A stretch of 64,000 nucleotides of DNA from Paludibacter sp. (GTDB lineage: Bacteria; Bacteroidota; Bacteroidia; Bacteroidales; Paludibacteraceae): positions 143,990-207,989 of the forward strand of contig NZ_WASO01000009.1 in NCBI RefSeq assembly GCF_009712605.1, in the 5' to 3' direction. Position 1 is the first letter of the stretch; every line of letters begins with the position of its first letter. The position numbers and the translations under genes are program-made. A model generated the notes under the pieces. The model saw nothing but the letters and a program-made list of their open reading frames with translations, was not told the DNA's origin and ran no database searches. This document shows, piece by piece, positions 19,211 to 31,040 of the stretch.

Positions 19211-19567
19211 ATGCACAATTTCAGGAATCTTGAAATATGGAAGAGATCAATTAGTTTAGTTACAGAAATATACAAACTAACAAATTCTTTTCCTCAACAA
19301 GAACGATACGGGCTGACTTCGCAAATGCAAAGAGCCGCAGTATCGTGTCCTTCAAATATAGCAGAGGGTTCTGCAAAATCAAGTAAAAAAGAATTTGCTC
19401 ATTTTTTAGAAATTTCTCTTGGTTCTTTGCTTGAATTAGAAACCGAACTTATTGTTTCATTAAATCTCGAATATGTTGATTCTGTTCGTTTTAATGAAAT
19501 CCAGACCAGTCTCATTGAACTTCAAAAAATGATTAACGGATTCAAAAATCATTTGGACAAGGAATAG
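19211..19567 (+). CDS. Four-helix-bundle protein (23S rRNA intervening-sequence protein / Avd-like family)
   Basis: FRNLEIWKRSISLVTEIYKLT...QMQRAAVSCPSNIAEGSAKSSKKEFAHFLEISLGSLLELETELIVS is characteristic of the family. The gene is AT-rich and flanked by imperfect inverted repeats. Confidence 0.6.
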   Translation: MHNFRNLEIWKRSISLVTEIYKLTNSFPQQERYGLTSQMQRAAVSCPSNIAEGSAKSSKKEFAHFLEISLGSLLELETELIVSLNLEYVDSVRFNEIQTSLIELQKMINGFKNHLDKE

Positions 19568-19622
19568 TCTCTGATTTTTGATTCTATCTTTATTCTTTTC
19601 TCTTTATTCTTTGTTCTAAATT

Positions 19623-20075
19623 ATGAAACGTGCCATCTTTCCCGGAACATTCGACCCATTCACTATCGGTCATTACGACATTGTGAAACGCGGACTAAAT
19701 CTTTTTGATGAGATTATCATCGGTGTGGGTGTAAATCAGGCAAAGAAGACTTTCTTTACCGTTGAAAAACGTGTGGAAATTATTCAGATGGCGTTTAAAA
19801 ATGAACCTCGTATCAAGGTGCAGGAATACAACACACTGACCGTCAATTTCGCCAAAGAAGTGGATGCTCAGTTTATTTTGCGGGGATTGCGCTCTGTAAG
19901 CGACTTTGAATACGAACGTACCATCGCTGACGCCAACAAACATCTGGAAGGCATTGATACTGTAATTCTCAACACCGATCCGGCCTATTCGTTCATTTCA
20001 TCAACAGTGGTACGCGATCTACTGGCTTACGGGAAAGACATTTCTGCCTTTTTACCTCCCGATACCAGTCTATAA
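19623..20075 (+). CDS. coaD: Phosphopantetheine adenylyltransferase
   Basis: [18 protein letters not shown] is the nucleotidyltransferase HxGH motif. Confidence 0.85.
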   Translation: MKRAIFPGTFDPFTIGHYDIVKRGLNLFDEIIIGVGVNQAKKTFFTVEKRVEIIQMAFKNEPRIKVQEYNTLTVNFAKEVDAQFILRGLRSVSDFEYERTIADANKHLEGIDTVILNTDPAYSFISSTVVRDLLAYGKDISAFLPPDTSL

Positions 20076-20088
20076 GTTTACAGAAGAA

Positions 20089-20289
20089 TTACTTTGTGGT
20101 TTCGTCTTTCACCTCATCCACACTTTTTTTCACTTCTTCTTCTACGTCTTTCATGCCGGATTTGAAGCTTTTCACTCCTTTGCCAAGGCCGTGCATCAAT
20201 TCCGGAATTTTCTTCCCGCCAAACAACAGCAACACAATCAACGCAATAATGAGCAAATGCTCGTAGCTAAGAAATAATAAGGTATTCAT
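20089..20289 (-). CDS. tatA: Twin-arginine translocase subunit TatA/E
   Basis: The ORF is 66 aa. It has a single TM helix followed by GGKKIPELMHGLGKGVKSFK, an amphipathic helix. Confidence 0.7.
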   Translation of the reverse strand: MNTLLFLSYEHLLIIALIVLLLFGGKKIPELMHGLGKGVKSFKSGMKDVEEEVKKSVDEVKDETTK

Positions 20290-20456
20290 ATAAATATTTA
20301 CAATTAAATCATTTACGATTTACAATTCAGCCAGCTTGCATCCGTTGTCTGATAGTAGATTAAAACCGTCACACAACGTTACAAAGTTAATACATTTATC
20401 GGGTTTGAATAGTTGCAAACTGCAAATATTTTCCATCGTAAACGGATCATTTCCGG

Positions 20457-21374
20457 TCAATGAATATCTTGTGCATTGAAAGGCGTAGCCTGATACACAA
20501 AATAGTTCAGCCAGTTGGAAAACAACAAATTAGCATGTCCCCTCCAACGTACCAGCGGAGCTTTTTTCGGATCATTATCCCTGTAGTAGTTTTGTGGAAT
20601 TTCAATGGATGCCCCTTTAGCTACGTCGCGTTTATACTCTTGCCCAAGGGTATTGGGTGCATATTCCGAATGGCCGGTAATAAAGAACTCGCGGCCATTA
20701 CGCGCCATCACTATATATACGCCTGCATCTTCCGACTCAGACAAAATGGTAAGATCCGGACATTTTTCAATATCCTCGCGCCGAATTTCGGTATGACGAC
20801 TGTGTGGAGCATAAAAAACCTCGTCAAATCCTCTGAAAATAGGATTCAGAGGATCATTCAACGTATGTTCGAACACACCGAATTTCTTCTGATCCAATTG
20901 ATATTTGGGAATATCGTAAAAATGGTACAAACCGGCCTGAGCCGCCCAACAAATGTAAAAAGTCGATGTCACATGCGTACGGGCCCAATCAAATATTTTA
21001 GTAATCTCGGGCCAATAACTCACGTCTTCATACTCAAACTGCTCAACAGGCGCTCCCGTAATAATCATCCCATCATACTTCTGATCCTTGATTTTGTCGA
21101 AATTCTTATAAAAAGCAATCATGTGCTCGATGGGAGTATTCTTCGAAGTATGACCTTTGATTTTTATAAAATCGATTTCAATCTGAAGAGGCGAGTTCGA
21201 TAGCAAACGAATCAGGTCAGTCTCTGTCGTTATTTTTAGCGGCATCAGGTTAAGAATCGCAATCTTCAAAGGACGAATATCCTGCATGGAGGCCTGAAGC
21301 GAATCCATCACGAAGATATTCTCACGCTTCAACTGCTCAATGGCAGGCAACTTATCAGGAATATTTACAGGCAT
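20457..21374 (-). CDS. metA: Homoserine O-acyltransferase (MetA family)
   Basis: IAILNLMP and the active-site Cys region YICWAAQAG match MetA. Confidence 0.85.
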   Translation of the reverse strand: MPVNIPDKLPAIEQLKRENIFVMDSLQASMQDIRPLKIAILNLMPLKITTETDLIRLLSNSPLQIEIDFIKIKGHTSKNTPIEHMIAFYKNFDKIKDQKYDGMIITGAPVEQFEYEDVSYWPEITKIFDWARTHVTSTFYICWAAQAGLYHFYDIPKYQLDQKKFGVFEHTLNDPLNPIFRGFDEVFYAPHSRHTEIRREDIEKCPDLTILSESEDAGVYIVMARNGREFFITGHSEYAPNTLGQEYKRDVAKGASIEIPQNYYRDNDPKKAPLVRWRGHANLLFSNWLNYFVYQATPFNAQDIH

Positions 21375-21465
21375 ATATTTATTTACAATTTTCCCGATTG
21401 CTATCGGGGTTACAATTTACGATCGGAAGAAGCTCTCCTCCCTTCATCTCACCTTCTCACTACCA

Positions 21466-22311
21466 CTATAACTGAATCTGCCGGGCATTGACATCTTCTG
21501 CCATAAAAACAGAAGCCGAAGCAGTAAATTTTTCTTCTGCCTCCGTTGTAAGAAAACGGCATTCTCCACCGTGTGAGCATTTTTGCTCTATTTCGGGATG
21601 ACGGTTCAGATAATCGGCAAGACTATCGGCCACAATGTCACCCTGAATAACCAATGCAACATGCTTGGGCAGGTATTTCTGAATTTTATTCACCAGTAAC
21701 GGATAATGCGTGCAACCCAAAATGAGAGTATCGATTGCCGGATCGACAGAAAAGAGATGATCCAGATTTTTCTTTACAAAATAGTCGGCGCCGTCGGAGT
21801 CGTACTCTCCGTTTTCAACCAATGGTACCCACATCGGGCACGCTTCTCCGGTCACTACAATATCGGGAAACAGTTTGGCTATTTCAAGCGGATAAGACTG
21901 CGATTGAATGGTTCCAGTCGTACCTACCAAACCCACATGACGCGTTTCTGTAAGGCTACCAATAGCCTCAACCGTTGGACGAATGACACCAAGAACACGC
22001 CTATTCGGAGCCAAACCGGGCAAATCGCGCTGTTGAATCGAACGTAAAGCCTTTGCAGAAGCCGTATTGCAAGCAAGAATAACCAGAGGACAATCCAGTT
22101 CAAACAGTTTCTTGACACACTCCAGCGTGTAGTGATACACCACCTCAAACGAACGCGTTCCGTAAGGAGTACGGGCATTATCACCGAGATAGAGATAGTC
22201 ATACTGAGGCAGGCGTTGACGGATGGCATTCAAAATTGTCAACCCTCCGTAACCTGAATCGAAAACCCCGATCGGGCCAATTCCTTTATGAGATAAATCT
22301 GCTTGAGACAT
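21466..22311 (-). CDS. murI: Glutamate racemase
   Basis: GVFDSGYGGLT and ILACNTAS are conserved Cys-containing motifs. Confidence 0.85.
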   Translation of the reverse strand: MSQADLSHKGIGPIGVFDSGYGGLTILNAIRQRLPQYDYLYLGDNARTPYGTRSFEVVYHYTLECVKKLFELDCPLVILACNTASAKALRSIQQRDLPGLAPNRRVLGVIRPTVEAIGSLTETRHVGLVGTTGTIQSQSYPLEIAKLFPDIVVTGEACPMWVPLVENGEYDSDGADYFVKKNLDHLFSVDPAIDTLILGCTHYPLLVNKIQKYLPKHVALVIQGDIVADSLADYLNRHPEIEQKCSHGGECRFLTTEAEEKFTASASVFMAEDVNARQIQL

Positions 22312-22387
22312 ATTCTTTATTCCAAAATTCCGGATTTAGCTTCGCTGATTTTCAATTCAGGATTCAATCTGGCACTATTGTACTTTA

Positions 22388-24049
22388 TTACTTTCTCTGA
22401 TCCAGTTCTTCTTTACTCTTCACTCTGAATTTGTCCGGTTCCGGATCAACAATCTGGTGTTTATAAGCATCCGGATAACCGACACGATTGATTGCCGGTG
22501 GAATTCCATATTCGTTTTGCACGAATTTACCATCCTTTTCAATCTTGATATTTCCGTCCATATATTTCACCATCATGTATTCGCCCAGTTCTTTCCAGGA
22601 TGCAGTTACAGCCTCAGCTTGTTTGTTGCTGAAATCAGTGAGGTAAGCTCTGGCAGCAACCGGATCTTTGGCATACATTTCCAAAGCTGTTTTATCGATT
22701 GCCGGTACTGTATCCGAGAATTGTTTTTCCCATTTTGTCTGCAGCTTACGAATATCTTCAATCATGTACGAATATTTGGTGTATGCCATATTCGACACCC
22801 AGTTGAAAATCCAGAACGAAGACGTCCAGGAGAATTTCAGCAAACTACCGTTATGTTCGTCAAAGCACAGAGGCACTTTGGTGATTCCGCAATACATCGG
22901 CACATATTCCGAACATGCAGCATCGTCAACTCCGAACCAAAAGATTCCACCCACAGGGTCGGGCATCCAGTGACGCATTTGTGCAATAAACGAGAATCCG
23001 GTCTGATAAGTTGCCGTTGGACGTTCGTGTACGTATTCTTTGCCATCGAGTTTCCATGTCAGCGGGCTACAACGCATAGGCGATCCATAAGGGCCGGCTC
23101 CTACTCCTTTTGTAATATCCAGTTCGGTGCCTTCATAACGATCGCGCATGGCAAAAATAAGATCTTTCAACTCCACTTTCTTAGTCGGTTTGATCCATAA
23201 TGGCATCCGTTCTTTGGTTTCGCCTTTCACATACGAAAGATATTTATCCATTGCCGGATCCATTTTGCGGAAAAACGACCACACGCGGGCTTCGCAGGCA
23301 CGCAACGCTACATAGTCGAGAGGTGCGTATGTGTCCGAGAAACTGAATTCTGTATTGTTTCCATTGAAATATCCCTTTTCCCGTGCAAAAGAGATTACAT
23401 CGGGAGAAAACAAACACTCATCCGGTTTGTCAAGAGGAAAAGTTGTAATACGTGCCTGATTAGCATGAGCACTCACGCAATCGTCGGGAATACGGCGGGC
23501 AACCCACACGGCTCCTTTGCCCTTCGGTCCTTTGCCCACCATCTCCATAATCCATATCTCTTCCGGATCGGCAATCGAAAACGATTCTCCTTCGCTTGCA
23601 TAGCCGTATTCTTCGACCAACGAAGTCATCACCTTTATCGCTTCGCGAGCCGTTTTTGAACGCTGCAAGGCCGTGTATATCAAGGTTCCGTAATCCATTA
23701 CCGAGGTAGTATCCACCAATTCTTCTCTTCCACCGAAAGTAGTTTCACCAATGGCCACCTGATATTCATTCATATTGCCCACCACAGAATAGGTATGAGC
23801 CACCTGTTTGATTTTGCCCATATATTTACCGGTATCCCAGTCGTGTACATCCACCATTTCACCGGGTGCATGGTCGGCAGCCGGTCGAAACGCCAGCGCT
23901 CCGAACAAGAAATAGGAGTCGGCTGCATACGAAATAAAGGTTGAGCCTGTAGTAGAAGCATTCTTGCCCACTAAAAAATTGGTACAGGCATACGAGGAAC
24001 CGAGCAAAGTCTCGGCTATTAAAAAGAGGGAGATAAAAATCTTCTTCAT
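22388..24049 (-). CDS. C69 family dipeptidase, secreted
   Basis: A signal peptide is followed by the nucleophile Cys in SSYACTNFLVGK. The size and the rest of the sequence fit the C69 family. Confidence 0.7.
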   Translation of the reverse strand: MKKIFISLFLIAETLLGSSYACTNFLVGKNASTTGSTFISYAADSYFLFGALAFRPAADHAPGEMVDVHDWDTGKYMGKIKQVAHTYSVVGNMNEYQVAIGETTFGGREELVDTTSVMDYGTLIYTALQRSKTAREAIKVMTSLVEEYGYASEGESFSIADPEEIWIMEMVGKGPKGKGAVWVARRIPDDCVSAHANQARITTFPLDKPDECLFSPDVISFAREKGYFNGNNTEFSFSDTYAPLDYVALRACEARVWSFFRKMDPAMDKYLSYVKGETKERMPLWIKPTKKVELKDLIFAMRDRYEGTELDITKGVGAGPYGSPMRCSPLTWKLDGKEYVHERPTATYQTGFSFIAQMRHWMPDPVGGIFWFGVDDAACSEYVPMYCGITKVPLCFDEHNGSLLKFSWTSSFWIFNWVSNMAYTKYSYMIEDIRKLQTKWEKQFSDTVPAIDKTALEMYAKDPVAARAYLTDFSNKQAEAVTASWKELGEYMMVKYMDGNIKIEKDGKFVQNEYGIPPAINRVGYPDAYKHQIVDPEPDKFRVKSKEELDQRK

Positions 24050-24056
24050 AAAATCA

Positions 24057-24662
24057 TCAATGGTTTATATTCATCATGCGACTCAGGTATTTTCCGATAA
24101 TATCGAATTCGATATTGACAACCGAACCTTCCACGATTTGGTCGAAGTTGGTATGTTCGCGTGTAAAGGGGATAATAGCAACAGAAAAACCGTCCGTCTT
24201 CGAGTTGACCACGGTAAGGCTCACACCATTCACGCAGACCGAACCTTTTTCGACGGTAACATAACCCTGCGCTGCCATTTCGGGAGCCACCGAATAAGAA
24301 AATGTGTAGTACCAGCTACCATTATTTTCCTGAACCGATGTACAAACAGCAGTTTGATCCACATGTCCCTGCACAATATGACCGTCCAGACGACCATTCA
24401 TGATCATACTGCGTTCAAGATTCACTTTACTACCAATCGTCAGCAAACCCAGATTTGATTTATCCAGTGTTTCTTTTATGGCTGTGACGGTATATACATC
24501 ACCGGCAATATCAACAACTGTGAGACATACACCATTATGAGCAACACTCTGATCAATCTTTAATTCACCTGTAAATGAGCAGCGTAATGAAATATGCAGA
24601 TTATCCTGCTCTTTTTGCAGGCCAACTACAGTCGCGGCTTCTTCTATAATACCTGAAAACAT
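24057..24662 (-). CDS. ribE: Riboflavin synthase
   Basis: MFSGIIEE and the two lumazine-binding repeats VAHNGVCLTV / VCVNGVSLTV are present. Confidence 0.85.
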   Translation of the reverse strand: MFSGIIEEAATVVGLQKEQDNLHISLRCSFTGELKIDQSVAHNGVCLTVVDIAGDVYTVTAIKETLDKSNLGLLTIGSKVNLERSMIMNGRLDGHIVQGHVDQTAVCTSVQENNGSWYYTFSYSVAPEMAAQGYVTVEKGSVCVNGVSLTVVNSKTDGFSVAIIPFTREHTNFDQIVEGSVVNIEFDIIGKYLSRMMNINH

Positions 24663-24756
24663 AATTTATTCTTCAAATTATACAATTAATATCCTGACTT
24701 CATTCATTTTTAAGGAATGCAAATGTACAAAAATTGCAGTTCACGAGCAACTTAAT

Positions 24757-24791
24757 AAAAACAAACCCCCCGCCACAAAAGTGACAGGGGG
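24757..24791 (-). terminator. Intrinsic terminator downstream of rpsT
   Basis: A CCCCC...GGGGG stem is followed, on the minus strand, by a T-run. Confidence 0.4.
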
Positions 24792-24817
24792 CATATAGAA
24801 CTTTAATTAAAAAGCTA

Positions 24818-25075
24818 TTACTTCGACAACTTATTCACATGCTTTGCCAATTTCGATTTCAAATTGCTGGCTTTGTTTTTGTGAATCATGTTGCGTTTTG
24901 CCAATTTATCCAACATTGCAGCCACCTGAGGCAACAATGAAGCAGCCGCATCAGCTTCTTTCGTAGCACGCAAAGTTCTTACAGCGTTGCGGGCAGTTTT
25001 AGCATAATAACGGTTGTGCAAACGATTTTTTTGCGTTTGACGTATTCTTTTGACAGATGATTTGTGGTTTGCCAT
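24818..25075 (-). CDS. rpsT: 30S ribosomal protein S20
   Basis: [26 protein letters not shown] is the S20 N-terminus. Confidence 0.85.
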   Translation of the reverse strand: MANHKSSVKRIRQTQKNRLHNRYYAKTARNAVRTLRATKEADAAASLLPQVAAMLDKLAKRNMIHKNKASNLKSKLAKHVNKLSK

Positions 25076-25102
25076 AGTTATGTTTCAAAAAGTATATCTT
25101 AG

Positions 25103-25174
25103 TAGCCCATAGGGGAATCGAACCCCTCTTTCCAGAATGAAAATCTGGCGTCCTAACCGATAGACGAATGGGCC
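25103..25174 (-). tRNA. tRNA-Glu (anticodon UUC)
   Basis: The reverse complement folds as a cloverleaf. The anticodon arm is CCAGA-TTTTCAT-TCTGG and the T-arm is GGGGTTCGATTCCCC. Confidence 0.8.
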
Positions 25175-25507
25175 ATGTGTCTCTCACAAAAGCGGTGCAA
25201 AGGTAAGGGACTTATTTTAATCTTCCAAATATCCTGAGCATTTTTTTCGCATTTTCCTTCATTTTTTTTGTAACAAACTCATTATCAATAGTGAATTTCA
25301 TCACTTTTTTCACCTTTCAATTTTGCCTCATTTTGGCACGGCTATTGTTACAAACAGCAGTCTTTGTTTTGTAATTTAATTTATAGTATATTTGAATGGA
25401 ATTTCCCTGTTGGAAACCAACGAATTAATATAAATATTTGCAAAGATAAATTTTTATCTGCCAAAGTAAGGCTGCTGCCAAACTGACAACGCAACTAACA
25501 TTTTGAC

Positions 25508-27925
25508 ATGGATATTATCATCAACAACCTTCAAGAAGAACTTTCTGACGAGCAACCGGGCTATCTCTCGATCGTAGCGGACAGCAATGATTTACCGGCT
25601 ATCAATATAAAGCCGGATGAATTAGTTCCTGTTTTGCCCTTACGAAACACTGTAATGTTTCCAAACATTGTAATGCCGATTGCCGTAAGCCGCAACAAAT
25701 CGTTACGACTTATCCGTGAGGTGTACCAAAAAAACGGGATACTGGCAGCAACCACGCAAAAAGATGCAAAGGTTGAAGACCCTGCAACTAATGATGTTCA
25801 GCCAATCGGTACGATCGCCCGTATTGTACGTATTCTTGAAATGCCGGACAACAGCACAACGGTTCTGCTTCAGGGTATACAACGATTCGAATTAAAAGAA
25901 ATAGTTACCTCAACGCCTTATCATCAGGGATTGGTAACACTGCTGGAAGATAAAGTGCCTGCAGAAGACAATCGTGTATTTAATGCCCTGATCGAAGCTA
26001 TCAAAGAACTGGCGATAAAAATCATCCAGAATTCGGGGATGATTCCACCCGAAACCTCTTTCGCAATCCGCAATATTGACAGTTCCGAACAACTCGTCAA
26101 CTTCATTGCCGGAAATTTTGCTTTGAAAGTTGCCGAAAAACAACGCTTACTTGAAATAGAAGATCTTGAAGAAAGAGGCTATCAGTTGCTGGAAATCCTG
26201 AACAAAGAATCCCAACTACTGGAAATAAAAGCCTCCATACAATCGAAGGCTCGCGAAGACATTGACCAGCAACAACGCGAATACTTCCTGCAACAACAGA
26301 TGAAAACCATTCAGGACGAACTGGGTGGCGGCATCAACGAACAACAAATCAAAACGATGCGTGAAAAAGCGCAGGAAAAGAAATGGAGCAAGGAAGTTGC
26401 CGAAGCATTCAATTCTGAACTGGAAAAACTGGAACGAATGCATCCGCATTCTCCGGAATATCCTACCCAGATGAACTATGTGGAAACAATGCTGGCATTA
26501 CCCTGGAACGAATATTCAAAAGATAATTTTGACCTGAAACGGGCACAAAAAATACTTGATCGCGATCATTTCGGATTGGAGAAGGTAAAAGAACGCATTA
26601 TCGAACATTTGGCTGTATTGCGACTGAAAGGTGATATGAAGTCACCAATCATCTGCCTGTATGGCCCTCCGGGTGTGGGTAAAACTTCTTTGGGCAAATC
26701 CATTGCCGAATCGCTGAACCGCAAATACATACGAATTGCTTTAGGTGGTTTGCATGACGAAGCCGAAATTCGGGGACACCGTCGTACATATATCGGCGCT
26801 ATGCCGGGCCGTATCATTCAAAACCTGAAAAAAGCAGGCACAGCAAATCCAGTTATGGTACTGGATGAAATCGACAAAGTGAATGCTGACTTCAAAGGTG
26901 ATCCTTCATCCGCGTTACTGGAAGTGCTCGACCCGGAACAAAATTCAACTTTCCACGACAATTATCTGGATATTGACTTCGACCTGTCGAAAGTGCTGTT
27001 TATTGCCACCGCAAACACCACTCAAACCATCTCTCAGCCCCTACTCGACCGTATGGAAATGATTGATGTCAGTGGTTACATTACGGAAGATAAAATAGAA
27101 ATTGCACATCGCCATCTGGTTCCGCGTCAGCGCGACAACCACGGCATCAAGAAAGATCAGATTACGATTCCGAAGGTCACATTGAAACACATCATCGAAT
27201 CGTATACCCGCGAGTCGGGAGTGCGTGATCTGGAACGCAAAATTGCTAAAATCATGCGTCAGGTTGCAAAAAAGATCGGAACCGAAGAGCCCTACGATAT
27301 TATCGTTCAACCGGATGCTCTGAAAGAATATTTGGGTACTCCGCCGTTTACCCGTGATATTTACGAAGGCAACGACTATGTGGGTGTGGTTACAGGCCTG
27401 GCCTGGACATCGGTAGGTGGAGAAATTCTCTTTATTGAAACCAGCCTGAGCAAATCGAAAGCTCCTTCATTAACTCTGACCGGCAACCTGGGTAATGTGA
27501 TGAAAGAATCTGCCATCCTGGGCTTGGAATACATCAAATCGCATGCCGCACAAATCGGCATCGAAGAGAGCAAATTCGAAGAAATGAGCGTCCATGTGCA
27601 CGTTCCGGAAGGCGCCATTCCCAAAGACGGTCCTTCGGCTGGTATCACCATAGTAACAGCTTTGGCTTCTGCTTTTACTCAACGTAAGATAAAAAAAGCA
27701 TTGGCCATGACCGGAGAAATGACCCTGAGAGGCAAGGTATTGCCCGTGGGCGGCATCAAAGAAAAAATTTTGGCGGCCAAACGAGCCAACATCAAAGAAC
27801 TGATTCTTTGCGAAGACAACCGGAAAGACATTGAAGAAATCAAACCGGCTTATCTGAAGGGGCTGACATTCCATTATGTAACCGACATAAAAGAAGTTCT
27901 TGATATTGCTCTTTTGAAGAAATAA
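25508..27925 (+). CDS. lon: ATP-dependent Lon protease
   Basis: It has an N-terminal LON domain, a Walker [10 protein letters not shown], and the protease Ser in [10 protein letters not shown]. Confidence 0.9.
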   Translation: MDIIINNLQEELSDEQPGYLSIVADSNDLPAINIKPDELVPVLPLRNTVMFPNIVMPIAVSRNKSLRLIREVYQKNGILAATTQKDAKVEDPATNDVQPIGTIARIVRILEMPDNSTTVLLQGIQRFELKEIVTSTPYHQGLVTLLEDKVPAEDNRVFNALIEAIKELAIKIIQNSGMIPPETSFAIRNIDSSEQLVNFIAGNFALKVAEKQRLLEIEDLEERGYQLLEILNKESQLLEIKASIQSKAREDIDQQQREYFLQQQMKTIQDELGGGINEQQIKTMREKAQEKKWSKEVAEAFNSELEKLERMHPHSPEYPTQMNYVETMLALPWNEYSKDNFDLKRAQKILDRDHFGLEKVKERIIEHLAVLRLKGDMKSPIICLYGPPGVGKTSLGKSIAESLNRKYIRIALGGLHDEAEIRGHRRTYIGAMPGRIIQNLKKAGTANPVMVLDEIDKVNADFKGDPSSALLEVLDPEQNSTFHDNYLDIDFDLSKVLFIATANTTQTISQPLLDRMEMIDVSGYITEDKIEIAHRHLVPRQRDNHGIKKDQITIPKVTLKHIIESYTRESGVRDLERKIAKIMRQVAKKIGTEEPYDIIVQPDALKEYLGTPPFTRDIYEGNDYVGVVTGLAWTSVGGEILFIETSLSKSKAPSLTLTGNLGNVMKESAILGLEYIKSHAAQIGIEESKFEEMSVHVHVPEGAIPKDGPSAGITIVTALASAFTQRKIKKALAMTGEMTLRGKVLPVGGIKEKILAAKRANIKELILCEDNRKDIEEIKPAYLKGLTFHYVTDIKEVLDIALLKK

Positions 27926-27954
27926 TGAAGAAACGGCGTTAATAATCAAAACAC

Positions 27955-27985
27955 TTTGATTTCGCTATTTCGTAATGTATCTTTG
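27955..27985 (+). promoter_or_regulatory. Putative eno promoter: -33 TTTG (27955-27958) and -7 TATCTTTG (27978-27985)
   Basis: It matches the Bacteroidetes sigma-A consensus TTTG-N19-TAnnTTTG. A 7-bp stem with a TTCG loop lies in the leader at 28016-28035. Confidence 0.4.
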
Positions 27986-28053
27986 TACAAACATCCACGT
28001 AGGTTGTATCTCAGCGCATGAGGTTCGCCTCATGGATGTTTTTTGTTTATTAA

Positions 28054-29361
<1,308 letters not shown>

Positions 29362-29390
29362 TTTTTAAGTTTAATTTTCACCGTTCGAAT

Positions 29391-29434
29391 ATCGGGGTTT
29401 CTTCACAAAGTTTCCCCGATATTTTTTTATTTTT
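29391..29434 (+). terminator. Intrinsic terminator after eno
   Basis: ATCGGGG...CCCCGAT stem followed by ATTTTTTTATTTTT. Confidence 0.55.
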
Positions 29435-29453
29435 GCTCAAAATTTAAACAACG

Positions 29454-30950
29454 ATGAAGCAAAACAAACTCTTAACAAAAATTCTTTTGATCAGTTGTAT
29501 TTCGGTTACCACATACGCTAAAAGCGGTTATGAAATAAAAATCAAAATCTCCGGACTGAAAGACTCTTCTGTAGTTCTGGCTCACTATTTTGCAAAAGAA
29601 TCTCTCACTTTTATAAAAGACGACTCAACCAAGCTGAACAAGAAAGGTGAAGCCGTCTTTGCAAATACCAAACCGTTGACCGGCGGAATGTACATTGTCA
29701 TTCTTCCGCAAAAAAAATATTTCGACCTTTTTATTGGCAATAACCAGCAATTCAGCGTGGAAGCAGATACCACAGATCTGGTTCGGAACGTTAAGTTCAA
29801 AGGTTCGGAAGAAAACACGCTATTCTACAACTATCGCAACCTGATTACCGGCAAAACAAAGGAAATGAAGCACCTTAACGAACAGTTTGCCAGTGCTAAT
29901 CCGGCTCAAAAAGATTCCATCACCAAAGCTCGCAACGCTCTCAATACCGAAGTTAAAAACTACATTCGTCAATCGATAGATCAAAACAAAGGAACCTTTT
30001 TCGCCACATGGCTTCAGGCGCTGCAAGAGATAGAGATTCCTCCACTGCCTCGTGACGCAAAAGGCAATATTACAGATCCGAATTTTCAATACAAATACTG
30101 GCATCAGCACTTCTTCGACAATTTTGATCTGTCGGATATAAGACTCCTGCACACGCCCTTCTACGAACGCAAGGTGATTGATTATCTCGACAAAGCCGCC
30201 ATCCAGCATCCCGACTCGATTCAAAAAGAGGCAGACCGGCTCATGTCTATGATCGGCACCAACGATGAAGTTCGTCGTTATATGCTGGGCACCATCTACA
30301 ATCATCTGGCAGAAAAGGCGAATCAATATGTCGGAATGGACAGTCCGTTTGTCTATTTTGCCGAAAAATACTACCTGTCGCAAGCAACGTGGGCCGATCA
30401 GAAATTCAGAGATAACCTTCAAAAAGACATTGCCAAAATCAAGCCCAACCTGATTGGGAAAGAAGCGCCCAATTTACCACTCGCTGAAATTCCGGTTGAG
30501 CATTTTATAACTTCAAAAACAGATTCGGTTGCCCGCAAAAGCCTTCAAATAGGACGGATGATGAGATTACAGGACATCAAAGCTAAATTTACCGTACTCG
30601 TTTTCTGGGAAGTCGATTGCGGTCATTGCCAGAAAGAGATGCCATTACTCTACGATTCAATCTACCCCATTATCAAAAATAAAGATGTAAAAATTGTAGC
30701 TATCCACATGCTTACCGGAGCAGATGCAAAAGCAAAATGGGTGGACTTTGTAAACGACCACAAACTCTACGACTGGATCAATGCCACTCCGCTCGAATAT
30801 ACTTACAAAGACACCTACAACATCATCTCCACTCCCACCGTATACCTGTTGGACGAAAACAAGCGCATTCTATCCAAACGCATTGGCATCAAACAACTTC
30901 CAGAGGTGATTGATAATGAAATAAAAAGGCTATCCACAAAACAGCCTTAA
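29454..30950 (+). CDS. Thioredoxin-like (TlpA/redoxin family) lipoprotein with an N-terminal Bacteroidetes-specific domain
   Basis: A signal peptide is present. The C-terminal FTVLVFWEVDCGHCQKEMP is a CxxC redoxin motif. Confidence 0.55.
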   Translation: MKQNKLLTKILLISCISVTTYAKSGYEIKIKISGLKDSSVVLAHYFAKESLTFIKDDSTKLNKKGEAVFANTKPLTGGMYIVILPQKKYFDLFIGNNQQFSVEADTTDLVRNVKFKGSEENTLFYNYRNLITGKTKEMKHLNEQFASANPAQKDSITKARNALNTEVKNYIRQSIDQNKGTFFATWLQALQEIEIPPLPRDAKGNITDPNFQYKYWHQHFFDNFDLSDIRLLHTPFYERKVIDYLDKAAIQHPDSIQKEADRLMSMIGTNDEVRRYMLGTIYNHLAEKANQYVGMDSPFVYFAEKYYLSQATWADQKFRDNLQKDIAKIKPNLIGKEAPNLPLAEIPVEHFITSKTDSVARKSLQIGRMMRLQDIKAKFTVLVFWEVDCGHCQKEMPLLYDSIYPIIKNKDVKIVAIHMLTGADAKAKWVDFVNDHKLYDWINATPLEYTYKDTYNIISTPTVYLLDENKRILSKRIGIKQLPEVIDNEIKRLSTKQP

Positions 30951-30971
30951 GCGACACTTTAAATAATAAAA

Positions 30972-31021
30972 AATGGGTTTATCGAAATAGAAAAGAACTT
31001 TTCTATTTCGATAAACCCATT
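30972..31021. terminator. Perfect 50-bp palindrome (24-bp arms, 2-nt loop) between convergent genes, a likely bidirectional terminator
   Basis: AATGGGTTTATCGAAATAGAAAAG AA CTTTTCTATTTCGATAAACCCATT. Confidence 0.55.
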
Positions 31022-31040
31022 GACTAATAACAGGTGATAA

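Noticed and set aside
20460-21203. 247-aa plus-strand ORF, plus similar antisense ORFs at 22457-23200, 27470-27949 and 29820-30422
   Set aside because: Each lies wholly opposite a well-supported gene: metA, the C69 peptidase, lon and the thioredoxin-like gene. None has a recognisable domain.
24663-24817. Possible FMN riboswitch upstream of ribE. SAM riboswitches upstream of metA and of the homocysteine methyltransferase gene were also considered.
   Set aside because: None of these leaders shows the conserved RFN or SAM-I core sequences or helices by eye. They are AT-rich and unstructured.
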